Of a stretch of DNA of 64,000 bases, positions 1 to 10,416 are shown piece after piece. Position 1 is the stretch's first letter. Every line of letters begins with the position of its first letter. Source of the DNA: Macrostomum lignano (Eukaryota); the NCBI GenBank assembly GCA_002269645.1, contig NIVC01000561.1, positions 124,001-188,000 of the forward strand, read 5' to 3'. The position numbers and the translations under genes are program-made. Under the pieces are notes generated by a model. That model was not told the origin of the DNA. It ran no database searches and was given only the letters and a program-made list of their open reading frames with translations.

Positions 1-151
<151 letters not shown>

Positions 152-180
152 ATAATTATTTAGACAAGCATAAAAAGGGA

Positions 181-1095
181 AAATGAGAAGACAGGAATGT
201 GAAGACAGGAATGAGAAGACAGGAATGAGAAGACAGAAATGACAAGACAGGAGTGAGAAGACAGTGAAGTCAATCAGGGATCAGTCAATTGACAAATCAA
301 TTGACAAATCAATCAGTCAATCAGGGATGAGAAGACAGGAATGAGAAGACAGTGATGAGAAGACAGTGATGAGAAGACAGTGATGAGAAGACAGGGATGA
401 GAAGACAGGGATGAGAAGACAGTGATGAGAAGACAGTGATGAGAAGACAGTGATGAGAAGACAGGGATGAGGAGATGACAGGGATGAGAAGACAGGGATG
501 AGAAGACAGGGATGAGAAGACAGGGATGAGAAGACAGTGATGAGAAGACAGGGATGAGAAGACAGTGATGAGAAGACAGGGATGAGAAGACAGTGATGAG
601 AAGACAGGGATGAGGAGATGACAGGGATGAGAAGACAGGGATGAGAAGACAGGGATGAGAAGACAGGGATGAGAAGACAGGGATGAGAAGACAGGGATGA
701 GGAGATGACAGGGATGAGAAGACAGGGATGAGAAGACAGGGATGAGATGACAGGGATGAGAAGACAGGGATGAGAAGACAGTGATGAGAAGACAGGGATG
801 AGGAGATGACAGGGATGAGAAGACAGGGATGAGAAGACAGGGATGAGAAGATAGGAATGAGAAGACAGTGATGAGAAGACAGGGATGAGAAGACAGGTAT
901 GAGAAGACAGTGGTGAGAAGACAGTGATGAGAAGACAGAGATGAGAAGACAGGGATGAGAAGACAGGCATGAGAAGACAGGGATGAGAAGACAGGGATGA
1001 GAAGACAGGGATGAGAAGACAGGAATGAGAAGAAAGGAATGAGAAGACAGGAATGAGAAGACAGGGATGAGAAGACTGGAATGAGAAGACAGGAA
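181..1095. repeat. 14-bp minisatellite (consensus GGGATGAGAAGACA)
   Basis: Period-14 tandem array with variants (gtgatgagaagaca, ggaatgagaagaca). It explains the spurious LIPVFSSLSSHPC ORFs. Confidence 0.95.
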
Positions 1096-1714
1096 AGATA
1101 TTAAAAGTGAAGACATGCAAGGCACTGATATTTGCCTCAGAAAAAATCACATTGCGAAGTGCAAACAAATGCTAAAAAGAACATCACTAACAATTTAGTT
1201 AAACTGTCAATCAAATGACTGGTATCGGCCTGCCTGTCTATTAGCAGTATTTGAAATAGAACGCCCTAAAAGTAAGCTTAAATATTTTTTCTACGACTAT
1301 GTAAAATCTGCACTGCAGCCAGACTGAGTGAGTTAAGCGAGTACTCAGATACAAGCTAGCTCATGCCCCCTTTGCAGTGCACCGCCACGTGCCCTCAGCT
1401 GCGAGTGGAAGGCACTGCTGAGTTTTTCTGCTTTACCCCCAGCTATTCTCAGATAAACACTCGGCACACTGGAGGGGCAGGCACAGAATCCAAGCAATGA
1501 GAATATTTTCTAGATGTTTTCCAGCTTAGCTGGGGCTAAGAATAATGACAATTTTTCCGCTTCAAGCCTACACTCTGTGTCTCTTATTCTTCGCCTTTAT
1601 TGCCTTTATATTGCTGAATACACTGCAGCCTGGCATAACAACAGAGCGAATAGCCTTGGCTGTTTCTAGTTCAATAGCTTTGTGACCGTGACATTGGGGC
1701 GGAGAGAGCAGCAC

Positions 1715-2158
<444 letters not shown>

Positions 2159-2171
2159 AACAGAAACTCAC

Positions 2172-4005
2172 GTCTGCTCCATGGTGAGCGGGCCGGAGCG
2201 GATGGGGATGCCCTCCTTCCTGGTGAGGTTATTGAAGTCAGCCGAGGCCAGAGGATCATAGTTCTTCAGGTCGGGATTGCTAGGATCCAGGCCGTCGTCA
2301 ACCACGGAGACAACGATCCCGGAGCCGGTGAAGCCGCGGTTCCAGGCGGGCAGGAGGTTCAGGTCGAGGCCGGGATTGATGCCCTGCAGCTGGCCCGTGT
2401 TGTGCTGGGTGGAAGTTGGTGGCGGGGGGCCGCGGGTGCTTTCAGTGCTTGCTTTGGCAAATTTAGTATTTAAAAAGAAATTGCTAACAGGGGAAACTTA
2501 CCTCATATTAAAGGTCATTTGGGGTCACTAAAGCCAGACAATCAGAATCAGAAATATCACACCTGTGCTGGGTTCACTGAATCTAGATATTCACGGGTCA
2601 CTGTAACCAGATATTCACAAGTCAATGTAACCAGATATTTGCGGGTCACTGTAACCAGGTATTCACGGGTCACTGTGACCAGATATTCACAAGTCAATGT
2701 AACCAGATATTCACGGGTCACTGTAACCAGATATTCACGGGTCACTGTGACCAGATATTCACAAGTCAATGTAACCAGATATTCACGGGTCACTGTAACC
2801 AGATATTCACGGGTCACTGTAACCAGATATTCACGGGTCACTGTAACCAGATATTCACAAGTCAATGTAACCAGATATTCACAGGTCACTAACCAGATAT
2901 TCACAGGTCACTAACCAGATATTCACGGCTCAATGTGTAAGCAGATATTCACAGGTCACTAACCAGATATTCACAAGTCACTAACCAGATATTCACAGGT
3001 CACTAACCAGATATTCACGGCTCACTGTAAGCAGATATTCACGGGTCACTGTAAGCAGATATTCACGGGTCACTGTAAGCAGATATTCACGGGTCACTGT
3101 AACCCAGATATTCACGGGTCACTGTATCCAAACAATGAATGATCACTTAGGGAACTTAGTGTAAAAGGGATATTGAAAGGTTATTTGGGTCACTGAAACC
3201 AAGGCAGTCAACAATAAGTTCTTGACAATCTTATAGCTACACAATGCACAAAAATTTCAGTCCCTACAATCGCTCACCAGATACCACTGCAGATTGAAGT
3301 GTGGATCGTTGACAATAAGATCCAAATGCCTACGCGACAGGGCCTTCTTGTAGATCTTGGCATCCTGTAGTGTTCAAGTTACAAATTACAATAATTAAAA
3401 TCGAATATTCGTATTTCTATTCTAAGCACGAAATAAATTACTCACCTCGATCTCTTCCCGTCTCTTGTCAATAGCTCTGCTCTCCTCGCTGCTGTCATCT
3501 GATTTATCATCAACTCCATCAGCTAAATTCCTCAAAAACTCATTGATATCAAGGTGCCTCTTTTCAACATCCTCAGCGACTTGATGTATGGAGCGAAGTA
3601 CTCGAGGATGGGACAGCATTGACTGGATTAGGGCGGCCCCATCGGTGGCGCACTGATTGGCAGTGTGGTTTGACTTGCATGCACTGCGGTGCTGTAGATG
3701 GTACACATTGCCAAGCTGCTGGGCCTGGGGGTCGGTGATGAAGGTTGAGATGCTCTAGATGGATTTATGACAGTTAAAGCAACTATTATATATAGATCAA
3801 TTTAATATTATATGCTCACATGATGTAGTAAGTCAAAGTTGTGCTTCTTTGCAATTTCTTTGGCCACAGAGATATCACTATTGTCCAGCAGTTCCAATGC
3901 AAAGTGGTCAGTCAGCTGTTCTTGACAATTGTAGACACAGATTGCACATGAAAAAATACAAGCTAGAAGCCAGGGAAGACCCTTGCTTCTCTTGTATGCA
4001 ATCAT
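2172..4005 (-). CDS. Proprotein convertase (kexin/furin/PC2-type, peptidase S8B), 5' part; exons 4005-3820, 3754-3446, 3364-3278, 2404-2172
   Basis: Splicing at GT/AG with matching phases gives a signal-peptide-like N-terminus, a prodomain with dibasic sites (EKR, KRR, SRR), then [12 protein letters not shown]|[40 protein letters not shown]...[16 protein letters not shown]. This is the conserved start of the PC catalytic domain including the catalytic Asp (DDG). It ends in a phase-2 donor just before the expected HGTRC exon. Confidence 0.88.
2545..3125. repeat. 24-bp minisatellite (ACCAGATATTCACGGGTCACTGTA) in convertase intron 3
   Basis: Period ~24 array with shorter variants. It explains the [11 protein letters not shown]. 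Confidence 0.93.
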
Positions 4006-5718
4006 GAGATTTTGTTCTGCAAATTATGTTTGCCTCTTGCTGTCTGAAAAATTAAATAAGTTTATGCTTTAAAATTTGGATAGGCCTAGATAGATTATTA
4101 AATATTCTAAATAAATTTAACAAGTCTAACTGTACAAAGTCAAAGTAGAAAACAAAAATTTAGAACTATCTAAACAAATCAATACACATAGTGCATATAA
4201 TAATCAAATTTGTATACATGTGTAAGGCGTTGTGAAAATCTAAAAAATAAAAATATCATAATAAGCCAGTGGCCCAACCCAGTTAGATTAGAAAGCTGAG
4301 CTAAGCTACAAATTATTTAAAGTAGGGGAGCCTATTCCATAAGGTTTTAGAACATCAGAGTGTGTGTGGATTTTCCATTGAAAAATCTTGATTAAATATA
4401 AAAAGCTCAAAAGTATAAAATAGCTATATAGAGTTTAGAAGATTCAGGCCAAATAATACCCAACCTAAATTAAAAGCCACTTGACTAATCGATACAAAGC
4501 CAAAGCCAAAGGGAACTTGACATAAGCGGTATAATAAGCCTAATGCTATACTATGAATACTTTTCGAAGCAATGCAATGGGTTTCATTTTAATAATCTTA
4601 GATTAACCGACATTCATTGGTAATCAATCGATATGTCGATATAAAATCTACTCTATAGACTGATAAGCGGACGTAACGGAAGTTATGTATCACGCATATC
4701 CCGGTGACTGCGTGCTACTTATGAAAAATATCAATAGATCTTACTGTTAAAAATATCAGCAACGCAAGTGGACGATAACTGTATTAAAGATGTTTATTTC
4801 TTTAAAATGAAAAATGAATTAGGATTTGTTCTCTAAAAAAAGCAGTAACGCACTAAAAAGTTTAAAAAATGGTTTGTTCGTTAAAATGTTACAAACTTCC
4901 GGTTTAAATAATTTATAAACTTTTTCGAATCAAAATTTAGCAGTGACAGATCCAGGAATATTCCCAGGAGATCAGCCGACCATCTTGACCCACAGAGTGT
5001 TCCTCGAGTTCAAGCTCCGAGCCTGAGATATTTGATCTATGGAATGCAATTACACAAGGACAAAAATATTTCGTTTAGTTTTTCTATAATTCTCTAGAAT
5101 TTTTCAATTTCTTCCGAATTTCCTAAAGTTCCCAAATCTCTCGTAGTGGTCCACAGACTTGTTGAACCCCTAATAAAATTGGGGAAATATATTAAACAGT
5201 CAAAGATAGGAAAATTTGGGATTTTGAAGTAGCCTTCGGTTAAAACAAAAGTTACCTGCGGGACGTGAATGGTAGAGCGACGCCGACTGCTCTTCAAAGC
5301 CGACACTGCAGCCGGCGCCGCCGCCAACTATGCGGAAATTTACTTACAGTATCATGCCGGTCAATAAATTTAGTTTCGATCACATATTTTATTTTTTCTT
5401 TAAAAAACCTTGAATTATTTGTACTCTGCGCTTCTACGATCTATGCATACATCAACTGTTCAGAAATGGGCTCACACATATTGTAGGTGAGTTGTTTGTC
5501 GAGCAGATATTTCTTGGGGTGGGCGCCCCTGTCTCTTAGACTAGTGGATGCATGCCACGTCTTGTGTGAATGCTAACATAAGTGGAGCTTCTGTCCTTCA
5601 TCGTCACGGTTACTTTAAACTGCAAGTTAGATGCTTCAATTACAAATGCTTGTATATTACCAGCAAGAGACACATGTATTACTTGAAGTTTCTGATGTAC
5701 AGAATGATCGATTGTTAT

Positions 5719-5911
5719 TGACATACGCTCGTGCAATAGTCTATGGCCGTTGCGCCTCCCTCATCCCTCCCTAATATAAAAGTGTCCTAGCTTCATAATC
5801 TTGTTACAAGCCCCGCTATCATTAATGTGGTCCTAAAGCCAAATAAACAAGCAAAGCAAGATACGAGCTTCGTTATTCATCAAGCACTAGAGTTGCCATC
5901 TGAGCATCACA
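5719..5911 (+). repeat. 5' LTR (193 bp)
   Basis: TGACATAC...CATCACA. It differs from the 3' LTR by 7 substitutions and lacks an 11-bp segment (ttaaataccgc). Confidence 0.95.
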
Positions 5912-8900
5912 ATGACGTCGCAAGCACTTGGACACATCGAACTTTCAGAACCTGAGCGCGCCCTGACGTGGCTAACAGCATTCCGTGCGCTCGCTAGAGC
6001 CAAGAAATGGAAAGATGAAGGCACCAACAGAGAAATTGCAGATAACTTTCTGGCAATATGCGGATTGCCAGCACTTGAAAAGCTAACATCTCTGGTGGCC
6101 CCAAAGAAGATTGACGAATTGGAGTTTTCTGCAATCGAGGCCGCCATTCAAAGTTCCCTTCAACCAAAGACGCGCATCACCATTGCCGAGCGAACTCGCT
6201 TCTACACCATCCGACGAGTCTCTTCTGGATTACCTCTCGCGCCTTAGAAAGGCCGCCCAATATTGCAAATTCGATTCGCTGAAAGAGACAGAAAGCCCAG
6301 AAGAGGTCATGATTCAATTGGCGTTAGTCGCTGGCATGCACTGTCCCACAACACAGCAAAAAGTTCTAAAAGGTATGCAGATCAAGGAGCTGTCGGTCGA
6401 GGAAATCGTAGATTTTGTTGCCCAGATCAAGCAAGTGAAAGAGTTCGTGTCCAAACAAGCCTCTACACCGTTCACGACCTCCCCACCAAAGGAAACTGTT
6501 CCGGAGATTCGCCATGGCTTTTTGGCTACAAAGAACAACTTTACCACTCGCAAGATTGGACTACGCACGGGACAGTGTGATTACTGCGGTCAAGTCCATG
6601 ATGTTGCTGGAAAGTGCCCAGCGTTTGGAAAAACCTGCAGCAAATGCTCAAAACCAAACCACTTTGCATCGGTATGTCGATCCTCCCGACCACGCCAGCT
6701 CCACAACGTCGAGGAGCTCTCAAACGCAGACACGCCGCAACCAGATACCACGTCCCTTCTTCACCTTGGGGACGCGGACACGATTCATGCTATCGACTCG
6801 ACACTGGAAAACATAGTCATCAATGGTGCTCAAATCCCAATGCAAGTAGACACCGGTGCTGCGGTGAGCGTCATTTCAAGCACTCTCTGGGAGTCACTCC
6901 GCCGCCCGGCCCTCCAGAAGTGTCATCGCCGTCTTCAAGCCCACGATGGCCACACGCTTAAAGTCCTCCGCAAGTTATCAACCGCCATTGAGCTTCGCGG
7001 CAAGTTTTACCCTGCTGAACTGATCGTTGTACAGGCCTCTAAGACATTCGGTCTGTTAGGCCGTGACTTATTGGACTCAGCGCAAGTCCACAGCACATGC
7101 TCCACTAGCATCGGTAACAGCGTGGATGCCCTACCCGTGATTAAAGGCATCAAGGCCAAAATGGAGACCATCGCTGGTGCCACTCCCAGGTTTTGCCGTG
7201 CGCGTCCCGTGCCTGTCGCCCTGGAATCCTCCATCAACGCTGAATTGGACAGGCTGCAGCAGTTGGGCGTGATAGAACCAGTTGACGGCCCGGTGAACAA
7301 TGCTTCTCCTGTCGTCTGGGTCAAAAAGAAAGATGGAACCCTAAGGATGTGCGCTGACTACAGCGTTCACGTCAACGCAAAGATCAAGTCAGAGGACTAT
7401 CCCATCCCTAGCGTGGAGCACCTATTTTCCAAACTAAAAAACGCCAAGAAGTTCGCCAAAGTAGACCTGAGGTCGGCCTATTGGCAGATCGAATTGGACG
7501 AGGCTGCTCAGGATCTCTCAATAATTAACACATCCAAAGGATTATTTCGCGTGAAAAGACTTCAGATGGGGATGAAGAATGCATCTTTTATTTTTCAACG
7601 CGCGATGGAAAGTACTCTGTCGGACTTAAAGGGCGTTCTCATCTACCAAGACGACGTATTAGTTTTCGCCGAAAACAGTGATTCACTACAGAAAAGACTT
7701 CGTGCTGTGAAGACTAGGCTGGCAGAAAAGCATGTCACCATCAACGAAAGCAAATGCATCGAGGCGACTGATGAAATATCATTTCTGGGATTTAAAATTT
7801 TTGCTGCTGGCATCCAACCCGATGATCGACTGGTTGAGAAAATCCGCAGTATCGCACAACCCAAAGACAAGAAGGAGCTGGAACGATTCGTTGGTCTAAT
7901 AAACTTCTTTGGAAGGCTAGTACCCAACTTCTCTGGAAAGATTCAGCCGCTAAATCGACTGCGCAGAGCGGACGTCAACTTTCAGTGGACAGCTGAGGGT
8001 GACCGAGCCTTCAGACAACTCAAGACGGAGATTGCCTCTCAACCCATAGTCCAGCCATACTCATTAGAAAAGGAACTCACTCTTACCACAGATGCCTCCA
8101 AGGGAGCGCTTGCAGGAGTTGTCACGCAAGATGGCCATCCTGTGATCTATATTTCTCGATGTCTTTCTACTGCCGAACAAAAATATTCGAACATAGAGCG
8201 AGAAGTCCTTGCCATTTTTTGGGCAGTGAGCCGGCTGAAGCACTATTTACTGGGCCGCCACTTTACAATACAGACGGATCATAAGCCTCTCGAACAGCTC
8301 TTCGGCCAGTCTCGCGGGGTGCCGCTGAACACCTCCGCTCGCATTAGCAGGTGGGCACTCGCGATGATGCACCTTGACTACACCATACGCTATATACCGG
8401 GAGAGAAGATTCCACATGCCGATGCGCTTTCTCGCCTACGCTTCACTGACTCATCTAATGATTCGGCGGAAGTCTGCGAAGCCATTGATTGCGTTGCCTT
8501 CGAGCCGTCTGTCATTCCCAGGAACCGGGTTGCCGCAGAGCTAGAGTTGGATGAGCTCATAAAAAAGTGATGCACCGAATTCACTCGGGAAACTGGGCTG
8601 GCTGTTATCAGGCTGAGAAACCATTCCAGGCCGTATCGCAATGCCTAACTATCGAGGACGGCTTACTGTTCAGGGGTCGCCAGGTCTACATTCCGCCAGG
8701 ACTGCGGAAAGAAGCTTTTCGTGCAGCGCATGACACTCACTCTGGATCTCTGGCGACACTCAACTTCATGAGCTTGTCCTGCTGGTGGCCTGGAATGCGC
8801 GCTGACATCGAGCGATTTGTCAGCCAGTGTGATGTATGCAACAGGCTGCGGCCCAGATTGGGGAAGACCAGAGACACCTGGCCATCGACTGAATACCCGT

Positions 8901-9676
8901 TTCAAAAGCTTCACGTTGACTGGGCGTACGTAAAGAATGTTGGAAACATCCTGATAGCAGTCGACTCTCACTCTGGTTGGATCGAGGCCTTTCCCTGTAA
9001 AGATCGATCCACAGATCAGATCATCAAATGCCTCAGAACTGTTTTCACACGCTTTGGCGTGCCTGAACTTTTAGTTTCGGACAATGCTCCGGAGTTCGTC
9101 AGCGATTCACTGAGGAGCTGGCTGCACCAAAATGGCATAAAGAAGATGGAATCGCCAACTTACTATCCTCAGGCCAATGTATCGGCTGAGCGAGCAGTCC
9201 AGACAGTCAAACGAGCTCTGCGGGCCTGGAACGAACGAACCACCCACGCTGAATTTGTTCCCTATCTACAGCGATTGCTGTTTCATCACCGAAACTCATC
9301 CACGTGTAGGGGCAAGACGCCAGCTGAGATTGTTTTCGGACGCCAACTACGCGCTCCTGTAGTCTCCACGTTCAACCAAGGCGAGCGCGTTCTGTATCAG
9401 CCAACTTCGGACGTTCCACCCTCCACTGTCGAATACGTGATGAACCGAGGCCGCAACACGGCCTTCGTGTTGGACGGGAGCGAACTGCGTTTGGCAAGCG
9501 ACAACCAACTTGCTCCACTGCCACACGACGATGAAGAATCAATGGCAGGAGATCCCGCAGACACGGAGGCAGGGAACCCCAGCGACAATTCGACCCAAGG
9601 CGCGCAAGAACAAGAAGCAGGTGGAATTCGCCGTAGCACCCGGATGCGTCGCCAACCAGACCGCTACTCCTCGTGA
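5912..9676 (+). pseudogene. Gypsy gag-pol polyprotein with two frameshifts (~6212 and 8561-8566)
   Basis: Double zinc knuckle CDYCGQVH...C / CSKCSKPNHFASVC, protease VDTGAAVS, RT LRMCADY...DLRSAYWQ...IYQDDVLV, RNase H TTDASK...TDHKPL, integrase HDTHSG...CDVC and DWAY/SDNAP/AERAV. The frames are split as 5912-6247, 6111-8570 and 8567-9676. Confidence 0.93.
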
Positions 9677-9824
9677 CTGCTAAAAAACCGCATTAGCTAC
9701 ACATTACGGGTAACCAAAATGAAATCTGACACGCTGAATTTGAATTAGTTATCTGTTGAGTTCCTAACAAAAAGTTTACATTGTTCGGAGACATAGTTCA
9801 ACTCTTTCCTTCTGGAGGGAGACA

Positions 9825-10028
9825 TGACATACGCTCGTGCAATAGTCTGTGGCCGCTGCGCTTAAATACCGCCTCCCTCATCCCTTCCTAATATATAAGT
9901 GTCCTAGCTTCATAATCTTGTTACAAGCCCCGCTATCATTAATGTGGTCATAAAGCCAAATAAACAAACAAAGCAAGATACGAGCTTCGTTATTCATCAA
10001 GCACTAGAGTTGCCATCAGAGCATCACA
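9825..10028 (+). repeat. 3' LTR (204 bp)
   Basis: Direct repeat of 5719-5911, containing TATA-like tatataag and aataaa. Confidence 0.95.
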
Positions 10029-10084
10029 GTTATTATTAATTTGGCATTGCAGTTAGATAGTAAAGTGATGAGCCCTTCCTTCCA

Positions 10085-10416
10085 CTTGAAGACTGGTCTC
10101 TCAAACATAGAACAGCAAGAAAGCCGAGCAGAAGAAAAAGCACACTAAATAGAAAAATGAGAAAGCTTTTCCGACTCATCTCTCTCCTAGTGAATCACGT
10201 GGCCGCTCAGAAGGGCTCTTTATTATCTGGACGGCATAAACAACTGAAAAAAGTTATCCAAGTGTACGGAAAAAACCTTGCTCGCTCGCTTTTTCAGTTG
10301 CTTCAACCTACAGAGACGCTTCACTGTCTGGAGAAGCAAAAAAGCAGAAAACAAATTATTTCTAAAAAACACAACAAGTCGGGATTCTTGCTCGACAAGG
10401 CAGCAGCAGGCAATTC
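10085..10416 (+). promoter_or_regulatory. Conserved upstream block of ANK-cGLR gene A (paralogous to 24680-24960)
   Basis: Alignable non-coding block shared with gene C, including ctagtga(a/c)tcacgtg and ggcataaacaa. Promoter function is inferred from position only. Confidence 0.5.

Larger units (their letters stand above)
5719..10028 (+). mobile_element. Full-length Ty3/Gypsy LTR retrotransposon (Mag-like gag), ~4.3 kb
   Basis: Paired LTRs TG...CA (5719-5911 and 9825-10028), identical 5-bp flanks GTTAT (5714-5718, 10029-10033), purine tract ggagggaga just before the 3' LTR, and domain order gag-PR-RT-RH-IN. Confidence 0.96.
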
